This document shows, in pieces, positions 1 to 7,855 of a DNA stretch of 64,000 nucleotides. The stretch's first letter is position 1. The number at the start of each line of letters is the position of its first letter. A program made the translations under genes and the position numbers. Below the pieces are notes generated by a model. It searched no databases, was not told the DNA's origin, and saw only the letters and a list, made by a program, of their open reading frames with translations. The stretch lies in contig JBKBPM010000001.1 in the NCBI GenBank assembly GCA_046293175.1, positions 102,891 to 166,890 on the forward strand, read 5' to 3'. This DNA is from Minisyncoccia bacterium. GTDB taxonomy: Bacteria; Patescibacteriota; Minisyncoccia; Phycocordibacterales; UBA918.

Positions 1-1122
1 CTCACACGCACCCTTAACAACTACGCCAAGAAAGGCAACTTCTTTAGTGTCAAAGAAAAGGATGCTGGCTTCACGGGGGATGATGTACTCGAAGGTATCA
101 CCGCCGTAGTTTCGGTAAAGATGCCTGAAATCCAGTTTGAAGGTCAGACCAAAGCAAAGCTTGGATCAGTGGAAGCGCGGGGTGCGGTGGAGACCGTGTT
201 TGGTGAAGCTTTTGCGACATACCTTGAAGAAAATCCTGACGATGCCAAAGCCATCATCAATAAAGTGATTATTGCGGTGAAGGCGCGCAAGGCAGCAAAA
301 GCAGCCAAGGACAGTGTACTTCGTAAAGGTGCCCTTGAAGGGATGTCACTCCCTGGTAAACTCGCGGACTGTCAGAGTAAGAAGGCGAGTGATTCAGAAC
401 TGTTTATTGTAGAGGGAGATTCAGCGGGAGGAAGTGCCAAAATGGGTCGTGACCGTAAGACCCAGGCGATTCTGCCACTACGCGGTAAGATTTTAAATGT
501 TGAACGAGCGCGTATCGATAAGATGCTGGCTTCAGAACAAATTAAAAACCTTGTGATTGCGATGGGTACCGCTATCGGAGACGTGTTTGATATCGAACGC
601 CTTCGCTACCATAAGCTCATCATTGCGACTGATGCCGACGTGGACGGAGCGCACATACGTACGCTTCTTCTCACGCTGTTCTACCGGTACTTTAGGCCAC
701 TTATTGATGCCGGATATGTCTACATCGCGCAGCCGCCACTGTATAAGATTCAAAAAGGTAAGGAGATTCGCTATGCCTTCTCTGATGATGAAAAAATCCA
801 GGTACTCAAAGCTATGGGTGAGGAAGTCGTGGCTGATGTGGAAGTGGCCGAAGACGGAGAAGAAGAATCGGAAGACGATACTGAAGTCGCTACTAAGAAA
901 GGTGGTAAGGTCCGTATCCAGCGGTACAAGGGTCTTGGTGAAATGAACCCTGAAGAGCTCTGGGAAACCACCATGGATCCACAGAACCGAATTCTCATGC
1001 AGGTCACGATAGAGGATGCGGTACAGGCAGACCGGGTGTTTGATATCTTGATGGGGACGGATGTGAGTAACCGGAAGTCGTTTATTCAGTCGAATGCTCG
1101 TCTCGCCACATTGGATATTTAG
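1..1122 (+). CDS. gyrB: DNA gyrase subunit B, C-terminal part; gene begins upstream of the window
   Basis: Frame is open from position 1 (LTRTLNNYAKK...VSVKMPEIQFEGQTKAKLG). Toprim and C-terminal GyrB motifs are present (IVEGDSAGGSAKMGRDR, PLRGKILNVE, QRYKGLGEMNPEELWETTMDP). Confidence 0.9.
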   Translation, partial: LTRTLNNYAKKGNFFSVKEKDAGFTGDDVLEGITAVVSVKMPEIQFEGQTKAKLGSVEARGAVETVFGEAFATYLEENPDDAKAIINKVIIAVKARKAAKAAKDSVLRKGALEGMSLPGKLADCQSKKASDSELFIVEGDSAGGSAKMGRDRKTQAILPLRGKILNVERARIDKMLASEQIKNLVIAMGTAIGDVFDIERLRYHKLIIATDADVDGAHIRTLLLTLFYRYFRPLIDAGYVYIAQPPLYKIQKGKEIRYAFSDDEKIQVLKAMGEEVVADVEVAEDGEEESEDDTEVATKKGGKVRIQRYKGLGEMNPEELWETTMDPQNRILMQVTIEDAVQADRVFDILMGTDVSNRKSFIQSNARLATLDI

Positions 1123-1267
1123 CCAAATTTCTAGCATCTACTTTGTTATTCTTCGGTAAATATCTCTTCACCGTACCACTAGTACGGCTCACCAATATTT
1201 CCTCGAATGCCGCGTAGCTGCAGAAAAATTTGACTAAATATAATTCAGCAAACACTGAAGAAACACA

Positions 1268-1297
1268 AAACCCGCGCCATTGGCGCGGGTTTTGTGT
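1268..1297. terminator. Bidirectional rho-independent terminator hairpin between convergent gyrB and the surface protein gene
   Basis: aaaacccgcgccattggcgcgggttttgtg is a GC stem flanked by A and T runs. Confidence 0.6.
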
Positions 1298-1317
1298 TTC
1301 AGGTAAGTCGAGAGAGA

Positions 1318-2367
1318 TTAGTCGACAATCGCTACAGCAGTCTCAAACGAGTTGTTGTTACGGTTACTATCTGGAGTAACAGATACTTCGACGTTATAGC
1401 GCTTGGCGCCCGTATCATCTCCCATTGTAAAGCCGAGAGTGATAGTTGCTCGTTCGTTTGGTTTGAGGGCCGCCTGACTTGGTGAAGTATAGGTCTCACC
1501 ATTTGGAAGTTTAGCGGTATAGGTCCAAGTGCTTGAGGTCTTGGTACCAATGTTCTTCACCTCAAACTTGATAGCGCCAGTTTCGTCGTTGTCGATGATT
1601 CCAGTAGCCTTAAAGGTCTCTTGAACGAGGATACCACTACCCACAAAGGCAACCGAGAGATCAGTAAAGCCATTTGGATTTGAGGCTGGGATACTGTAGA
1701 CCGGCTTTTGGGTATACACTGGCTTGGTTGGGATTGCTGGCTGAGTCGGCTTAGCCGGAGTGGCAGGTTTGGCCGGTTCAGCTGGCTTTTCCGTCAGGAC
1801 TGGTGGAGTAGTAGTGGCAGGGGATGAAGTAGCTACCGGTGTACCGGCCGTACCAATCGTAGCGTTAACAATCGTGATTGAGTTATCGTCGGTCATGAGT
1901 GGCGCCTCTTTACCTGAAGGGATAAAGTCGATGCGGTAGTTGAGGTCGGTAAAGCGATTCTTTTCAGAGGTAGCGACAATATCAATGGCACTCACACTTC
2001 CGATATTGTAGTTGGTGTCACAGGAGAGCGACTTGATAGCCCCGAGACTGTCTCGCATATCAACGGCTAGACCTTCACTACACGCGTATGAAAAGGCGAA
2101 GGTACCGGTACGCTTTGGTACATTCCAACTGATAGTGACCGATTCACCATCACTGACCGTTCCCTTGGTACTTGTGGTCTCAAGACCACGGGTATCGTAG
2201 CTATAGACACTGTCGGCGAGGGAAGCGAGCGACGTGAAGGCGCTTGGTAATACCTTCACGAGTTGGATACCTAACCACGCAATTACAATAATCAGGCCAA
2301 TAAAACCCACAATAGCAAGCGACTTAATGATTCCGTCTTTCTGCTGCTGTTCACGATTGTTTGTCAT
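1318..2367 (-). CDS. Hypothetical membrane-anchored (type II) surface protein with a Pro/Thr/Lys-rich linker
   Basis: 349 aa. N-terminal transmembrane helix (IIKSLAIVGFIGLIIVIAWLGIQLV). Central linker TPPVLTEKPAEPAKPATPAKPTQPAIPTKP. No recognisable catalytic motif. Confidence 0.55.
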   Translation of the reverse strand: MTNNREQQQKDGIIKSLAIVGFIGLIIVIAWLGIQLVKVLPSAFTSLASLADSVYSYDTRGLETTSTKGTVSDGESVTISWNVPKRTGTFAFSYACSEGLAVDMRDSLGAIKSLSCDTNYNIGSVSAIDIVATSEKNRFTDLNYRIDFIPSGKEAPLMTDDNSITIVNATIGTAGTPVATSSPATTTPPVLTEKPAEPAKPATPAKPTQPAIPTKPVYTQKPVYSIPASNPNGFTDLSVAFVGSGILVQETFKATGIIDNDETGAIKFEVKNIGTKTSSTWTYTAKLPNGETYTSPSQAALKPNERATITLGFTMGDDTGAKRYNVEVSVTPDSNRNNNSFETAVAIVD

Positions 2368-2456
2368 AATGTGGTCATATTACCATATAATAATGCAAAA
2401 GTCAATAAAACGAAAGTTACAAATTGTCAACCTAAGCACAAATGAAATTCAACATC

Positions 2457-2481
2457 TTCCCTAGGCCTTGCCTAGGGAAGA
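2457..2481. repeat. Palindromic repeat element (CTTCCCTAGG-ccttg-CCTAGGGAAG), one member of a family
   Basis: 10-bp perfect inverted repeat. The same core CCCTAGG/CAAGG/CCTAGGG recurs at 9925-9975 and 27437-27467. Confidence 0.5.
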
Positions 2482-2556
2482 TGCTACACGATGCAAAGGG
2501 GCACCCTAGGCAATAGTCGAAGACCGGTCCCGGGAGAGGATTTCTAACGGGGTTAA

Positions 2557-2590
2557 TTGACAAATTAATATTTTATGATACTATATGACC
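2557..2590 (+). promoter_or_regulatory. Sigma70-like promoter upstream of the sortase gene
   Basis: TTGACAAAT at 2557, about 16-17 nt spacer, extended -10 TGaTACTAT; ATG at 2595. Confidence 0.4.
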
Positions 2591-2594
2591 ATCT

Positions 2595-3248
2595 ATGCAC
2601 GACGAATCTTCATTTTTTGATGCCTTGTGGGTTAAAAAAGTACCATTTTTGGTAGTCTTTTTTGTGATTTTTACTCTCACGTACGGTGTCCTTTTTGCGG
2701 TTGATTTCTTGCCAGAACCAAAAACCAGTGCCCCAGTTAAAGCTGTGGCAACTTCTACTTTTGCCACCACAACCAAAGAAGTAGAGGAGGTGTCTCCGGC
2801 AGCTATGGCCGAAGAGCCGGTGCAGCTCTCGATTCCGTCACTTGATCGGGTAGTGTCTGTCCTTAATCCTGAAACCCGCGATATTGTTGAGCTTGACCGC
2901 GAACTCCTCAAGGGTGTGGTACGTCACCCTGACTCAGCCCTTCTTGGTGAAGAGGGGAATGTGGTTATTTTGGGTCATTCAAGCTACCTGCCAAACGTGA
3001 TGAACAAGAACTTCCAGGCCCTCAATGGTATCCAAAAGATGAAATGGGGCGATATTATCACGCTCCAAAGTGATGGTACCGAATATACCTATCGGGTAGA
3101 AAAGGTCTATCAGGCCAAGGCCTCGGGAGTCACTATCCCAACTGAGGTAACAGGGAAGCGTCTGACGCTCGTGACCTGTAACAGTTTTGGTGCCAAGGAA
3201 GACCGGTTTATCGTTGAAGCGAAGCTCCTCTCTGAAAAAGCCCTCTAA
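2595..3248 (+). CDS. Sortase (transpeptidase, class A/E-like)
   Basis: 217 aa. N-terminal TM anchor. Catalytic His in VVILGHSSY and the TLxTC catalytic Cys motif (RLTLVTCNS). Confidence 0.8.
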   Translation: MHDESSFFDALWVKKVPFLVVFFVIFTLTYGVLFAVDFLPEPKTSAPVKAVATSTFATTTKEVEEVSPAAMAEEPVQLSIPSLDRVVSVLNPETRDIVELDRELLKGVVRHPDSALLGEEGNVVILGHSSYLPNVMNKNFQALNGIQKMKWGDIITLQSDGTEYTYRVEKVYQAKASGVTIPTEVTGKRLTLVTCNSFGAKEDRFIVEAKLLSEKAL

Positions 3249-3280
3249 TCCAGGGCTTTTTGCTGCCTTTTTAATACATT

Positions 3281-3330
3281 TGACAGAATCTCTAATGTAT
3301 TGACAAATACATTAGAGTGTGATAGTATAT
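3281..3330 (+). promoter_or_regulatory. Promoter whose -35 box is embedded in an 11-bp inverted repeat; candidate operator
   Basis: CTCTAATGTAT-TGACAA-ATACATTAGAG is a perfect IR centred on the TTGACA -35. TGtGATAGTAT -10-like follows 17 nt later. A related TTTGACA-N-TTGACAAATAC arrangement repeats at 3661-3714. Confidence 0.35.
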
Positions 3331-3384
3331 ACCCATAACCAGCAACCGCGGATATGATTCCGCAGCATGACAAAGGAGACCTCC

Positions 3385-3606
3385 ATGCAAAAGTTCCTTC
3401 TTCTGGCCGTTTTGGCTACGTCACTCGGCGGCTGTGTCGGTGGTTCCGGTGTTCCGGGCACCGGTGGCGGCGGTGGCTACTCCGGCGGGGAAACCCAGGC
3501 CGAAAGCCAGGCCAAGTCCGGTGAAACCAAACCGGGCGAAACCCAGGGTCCCGAAGGGACCATGGACGACGGCTCGGGGGCAGGCTTCGGACCGATCAGC
3601 GGCTAA
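3385..3606 (+). CDS. Small glycine-rich lipoprotein, in a GC-rich island
   Basis: RBS aggag at 3374-3378, then ATG at 3385. Signal peptide MQKFLLLAVLATSLGGC with lipobox L-G-G-C. Gly-rich body (GTGGGGGYSGGETQ). Local GC is about 65-68% against a backbone of about 47%. Confidence 0.5.
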   Translation: MQKFLLLAVLATSLGGCVGGSGVPGTGGGGGYSGGETQAESQAKSGETKPGETQGPEGTMDDGSGAGFGPISG

Positions 3607-3797
3607 GGCCGCGCAAGGGGTGGGAAGGGGCAAATTTACATGCCCTGACCCACCTTTTTCTATATTTGACATTCTGCTGGTTATGTTGACAAATACCGGC
3701 GGATATGATAAGATACTTGAGTGAACAGAACCTTTGCTCTTTGACGAAATTACTGTCAGAGCGAACCCAACGCGGTGTTACCGCAAGGAGACTCCAA

Positions 3798-4289
3798 ATG
3801 GACCGTCGCAACTTTCTTCTTAGCATGGGTGCTGCCGGTCTGGTGAGCACATTGCCGGACATGGCTGCTGCATGCCCAGCGAAAAAGGCAACCAACTGCG
3901 TCCTCGTGCCGGCGCCGAATCATCGGACTCTCGGAACGCTTGAGCAGGAGCTTGAGCATTGGGCATGGCTCTGCCATCCCGATTATGCCAAACTCAAGCA
4001 ACCTCGCTGGTGGTCGTACGTGATGGTCACCGACAAGAGCTATCCGGCAGCAGTTCAGAGGGTTCTCAACAATCCGAAGGCTCCGCTCCCGGATGAAGTC
4101 GAGGTGCATGGGCAAGAGTGCCGTCAGCAGTGGTTCAAACCGGGCTGGCGCGCTCTCACGGTCACCAACTGTCGTCGTGAAGACCGGCGTTGGACCTTCT
4201 TGCTCTCTCGGCGGTTGACTGCAAAAGATCAAGGTCAGCCGCTCAAGAAAGCGGACTGGCAAGATCTTGAACCGGTCTTCGACATCTGA
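3798..4289 (+). CDS. Secreted cysteine-rich protein with a twin-arginine (Tat)-type signal, in a GC-rich island
   Basis: RBS aaggag at 3785-3790, then ATG at 3798. MDRRNFLLSMGAAGLVSTLPDMAAA is a Tat-like RRxFL signal. 163 aa with 6 Cys. GC about 58%. Confidence 0.5.
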   Translation: MDRRNFLLSMGAAGLVSTLPDMAAACPAKKATNCVLVPAPNHRTLGTLEQELEHWAWLCHPDYAKLKQPRWWSYVMVTDKSYPAAVQRVLNNPKAPLPDEVEVHGQECRQQWFKPGWRALTVTNCRREDRRWTFLLSRRLTAKDQGQPLKKADWQDLEPVFDI

Positions 4290-4393
4290 CAGCTGCCGGG
4301 GCTTCGAAAGTAGTCCCGGCAACAAATCTTTGAATCAACTTGGATTCAGAGTAATCGTCTTTAGAGACGATTGCTTTAATCCGAAGAAATTCG

Positions 4394-6484
4394 GTGTTGG
4401 TAAATAAATTTAAAATTATGTTTAGCATTATAAATATCAAAAATATTTTCATTGCAGGTCTCTTTTTGACCGTGATGTTTTTTGCTACCCTTGCAACTGC
4501 TCCACAAGCTTTCGCGCTCGGAACAAGTGGTTGTGATGGTTGTGGTGGCAGTGGTAGTACTGGTGGCAGTAACGATGGTGGTAATGATACTCCACAGACT
4601 CCTACCTGTTCGCTTGAGCTTAATAAGCTCGAAGTAACCGCTATTGGTGAGACCTACCGACTTACGTGGTCAGGCGGTCCGGCTTCAGCTCAGTTCTACA
4701 TCAATGGTGCTGCAGTAGCCGACTCAGGCGCTGCGAACTTCACCTTTACTGGTCCAAACTATGACCGTTTTAAGATGGTCGGTAACAATGGAGGTGTGAC
4801 CTGTGAAAAGGAAGTGCGTATTATTAAGAAAGTCCAGGAAGTGCCAAAGTGTGAATCGTTTACCGCTTCACCGGCGACTCTTCCAGCTGGCGGTGGCAAT
4901 GTGACCCTTACTTGGGATACCACGAATGCTACCAACGCTTCAATTGATAACGGTGTTGGCACAGTAGCTGGCGACGGTAGTACTGTCATCAACAATGTGA
5001 CCTCAAACCGTACCTTTACCCTCACGCTCTCAAACGCGGTAGGAAGTGCAAGTTGTCAGGCTTCGGTGACGGTTACCCCAGTGGTACACGCTCCAATCTG
5101 TGACTTCATTACCGCTAGTCCAGTAACCATCACTCGTGGCCAGTCAAGTACTCTCTCATGGGGAACTACGAATGCTACTAGTGCCTTCATCAACAATGGT
5201 ATTGGTACGGTTGCAGTTGATGGTTCAACTTCAGTGTCACCACTTGAAACTACTACCTACACCCTCACCGCTACTGGTGCTGAGAACAAGACAGTATCTT
5301 GTTCAAAGACTATCGTGGTTGATCAGCCAGAAGTGAAGACTCCACGTTGTGAATACTTCAACGCATCTGCTACTACCATTAAGCGTGGCGACAATGTAAC
5401 TCTTACATGGGATACAACAAACGCAAATAGTGCAGTCATCAACCCAGGTGTTGGCTCAGTCGCTGCTGATGGTTCAACCACCGTTTCTCCATCTGAAACG
5501 ACTACCTACACCCTCACCATCACTGGTGACAACAACCAGACTTCATCATGTACTCGTACCGTGAATGTCGAAAGTGGTAGTAACGGCGGAGGTGGCGGTG
5601 GATCATCTTCACCAAAGTGTACCCTCAAGATTTCAGACACTAAGATTACTCGTGGCGATCGTATCACCCTGAAGTGGGATACCTCACGCGCTACTGAAGT
5701 AACGCTTAAGGATAGTCACGGCAAGACCCTTGTTACCACTGATGGTAAGAAGTCATCTGATAAGAAGGATCTCTACGACGGTGAAATCACCCTTCGTCCA
5801 GAAAAGGATACTACCTACACCTTGATGGCTGAACGTGGTTCAAAGGATCGAACCTGTAAGGTGTCAGTAGATGTGAAGGATGGTGTAACGGTTATCACTG
5901 ACCGTGATCAGAAGCCGGTCGTAACTGGTATCTCTCTTACACAGGTTCCATACACTGGTTTTGAAGCTGGTCCATTCCTCACGATGCTTTTCTACGGACT
6001 CTTGCTCCTCTGGGCTCTCTACCTCGCGTATGTACTCGTGGTACGCAAGAACGGTGGCGCAGGTGCCCTTGCTATAGCGACACCTACTCCTACTCCGGTA
6101 GCTCCAGTTGCTCCGGTAGCAGTAAGTACTATGAGTACTCCACGATTCGTGGCTCCAGTTGCAGAAGCTGTAGCTGCACCAGTAGTTGGGTACGCAGCAG
6201 CGACCTCTACTACTGATGCCGCCTACGAAGCGATCGCTGAGAAGGTAGAAGATGCAGCACACGCGCAACACGTCCTTATCTCAAGTGAAGCCATGCGTCA
6301 CTTTATCGGTGCCACGAGTGAAGAAACTCGTACCGAGACATTGACCGCAGTCCTCGCTAAGGCTAAGGCATCATATCCGGCGGAAGATGGTTGGGTAGTT
6401 CTCAACATCGACCGTATGAAGAGTGTGATGGCAGCGATGGCACCAGCCGTCTCAGTCTTCACTCCTCGTTCTGTAGCTGCGTAA
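4394..6484 (+). CDS. Large surface protein with five tandem Ig-like repeats of about 90 aa, a sortase-like VPYTGF motif, a TM segment and a 170-aa C-terminal domain
   Basis: Signal peptide. Repeats follow the pattern C-x-F-ASP-TL-GG-VTLTWDTTNAT-I-NGVGTVA-DGST-TTTYTLT...C. VPYTGF (5945-5962) is followed by a hydrophobic stretch and RKNGG, then an Ala/Pro/Val-rich tail. Confidence 0.75.
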   Translation: MLVNKFKIMFSIINIKNIFIAGLFLTVMFFATLATAPQAFALGTSGCDGCGGSGSTGGSNDGGNDTPQTPTCSLELNKLEVTAIGETYRLTWSGGPASAQFYINGAAVADSGAANFTFTGPNYDRFKMVGNNGGVTCEKEVRIIKKVQEVPKCESFTASPATLPAGGGNVTLTWDTTNATNASIDNGVGTVAGDGSTVINNVTSNRTFTLTLSNAVGSASCQASVTVTPVVHAPICDFITASPVTITRGQSSTLSWGTTNATSAFINNGIGTVAVDGSTSVSPLETTTYTLTATGAENKTVSCSKTIVVDQPEVKTPRCEYFNASATTIKRGDNVTLTWDTTNANSAVINPGVGSVAADGSTTVSPSETTTYTLTITGDNNQTSSCTRTVNVESGSNGGGGGGSSSPKCTLKISDTKITRGDRITLKWDTSRATEVTLKDSHGKTLVTTDGKKSSDKKDLYDGEITLRPEKDTTYTLMAERGSKDRTCKVSVDVKDGVTVITDRDQKPVVTGISLTQVPYTGFEAGPFLTMLFYGLLLLWALYLAYVLVVRKNGGAGALAIATPTPTPVAPVAPVAVSTMSTPRFVAPVAEAVAAPVVGYAAATSTTDAAYEAIAEKVEDAAHAQHVLISSEAMRHFIGATSEETRTETLTAVLAKAKASYPAEDGWVVLNIDRMKSVMAAMAPAVSVFTPRSVAA

Positions 6485-6594
6485 GCCTGACTGAAGAAGA
6501 AACATCAAAAACCGCCCGTATGGGCGGTTTTTGTTTTCCTGAAGTCGCTATCAAAAACAGCGTTTCGAAAGATCAGACACGGTATACTAAAGGG

Positions 6595-7803
6595 GTGAAA
6601 ACTTGGCCGGCATTTTTCGTACTCATATTGGTGGGCATTGGCTTTTTGGCAGTGTCCGTACCGGTTTATGCAGCAGTGTCTTGTGACAGCTTTACAGTGA
6701 CTCCAACCAGTGCTTTGCCCGGTGACTTTGTCACCCTTGATTGGACGACTACCGGTGCCACAGATGTCACGATTGATGCCATTGGAGCAGTCGCTACAAC
6801 AGGAAGTACCATTTTTGAGGTACCAAATAGTCCAGGAACGTTTACTTTTTCTATGGAAGTTTCCGGTGGAAGTATCTTTGAGCCAGAAACTGCATTTTGT
6901 TCGACCGATCTCACTATCAACAGTCTACCAGTTTGTGATGTATTTACCGCTACCCCGGACACCCTCACTGAGCCGGGTGAGGTGACGCTGACCTGGGATA
7001 CTGCATCCGCGACTACTTCAGTGACCATTGATAATGGGATAGGTGTCGTAGCGGAAGATGATTCAGTAGTGGTTAGTGTGGCTGGTGACACCACGTATAC
7101 GCTCACTGCCGTTAATGCGTTTGGAAGCACGCAGTGTACCGCATCGGTGACCTTTGCCGCGACAGATGTAGGTAGTCTGAGTAGCGGCGGGGGAGGCAAG
7201 AGTATCAATCCTCGCTGTGACCTTACAATCGATACTGCGAGTGTGATGGCTGGAGACACGGCACTTATTTCGTACGAAGCGGTAAACGCTACCAACCTTA
7301 TGCTGATTGAATCAACCGCTGGTGGATCAAAAACATTATTTAGTACTACTACGTCCCTCGGTGAACAAACGGGAACTTGGCCAGTCACCGTTTTGGCGGA
7401 TACGACATATACGCTCAAAGTTACAAGACCTCATCGCTCAAGTGAATGTACTGCCGTTGTAGCACTGGCAGACCTCAGCGGCCTTGGTTTGGGCGAAATG
7501 CAAGGTGCGTCTTCACTTGCACTCCGGAATCTACCGGATACGGGATTTTATCCAACTACCGGCTTTATAGTGATTATGAATGTGGTTCTCGTAGCGGCAG
7601 CGGCTTTTGTGGCGTATGTGATCGTAGTATTTGGACAGTTGGCACGGCGGGCAAAGACGGTACCGATACGAGATCGTCTATTTACCCCACAGACAGTTCT
7701 GTACCTGACTGAACGCACCACCCTCCAAACCAAATTATTATTGTGGCGCATTATTGCAGTGACTATCATCTTACTTTTGATAATCTGGTACGCATTTCGA
7801 TAG
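6595..7803 (+). CDS. Surface protein with three Ig-like repeats and a C-terminal LPDTG sorting signal; a sortase substrate
   Basis: Likely GTG start at 6595 after aaagggg; an alternative ATG at 6520 lies inside the upstream terminator hairpin. Signal peptide. Repeats are paralogous to the 4394 gene. LPDTGF (7531-7548) is followed by a TM segment and RRAK, then a second hydrophobic segment. Confidence 0.7.
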   Translation: MKTWPAFFVLILVGIGFLAVSVPVYAAVSCDSFTVTPTSALPGDFVTLDWTTTGATDVTIDAIGAVATTGSTIFEVPNSPGTFTFSMEVSGGSIFEPETAFCSTDLTINSLPVCDVFTATPDTLTEPGEVTLTWDTASATTSVTIDNGIGVVAEDDSVVVSVAGDTTYTLTAVNAFGSTQCTASVTFAATDVGSLSSGGGGKSINPRCDLTIDTASVMAGDTALISYEAVNATNLMLIESTAGGSKTLFSTTTSLGEQTGTWPVTVLADTTYTLKVTRPHRSSECTAVVALADLSGLGLGEMQGASSLALRNLPDTGFYPTTGFIVIMNVVLVAAAAFVAYVIVVFGQLARRAKTVPIRDRLFTPQTVLYLTERTTLQTKLLLWRIIAVTIILLLIIWYAFR

Positions 7804-7811
7804 AAACAAAA

Positions 7812-7845
7812 CCAGCGGCCTCAAGGCCGCCGGTTTTGATTTATA
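7812..7845. terminator. Bidirectional terminator hairpin
   Basis: aaaaccagcggcctcaaggccgccggtttt lies between the convergent surface protein gene and thrS. Confidence 0.6.
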
Positions 7846-7855
7846 GACGTCTCTC

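Noticed and set aside
6666-7418. 250-aa minus-strand Ser/Thr/Val-rich ORF
   Set aside because: Antisense to the Ig-repeat surface protein gene; low-complexity artefact of the repeats.
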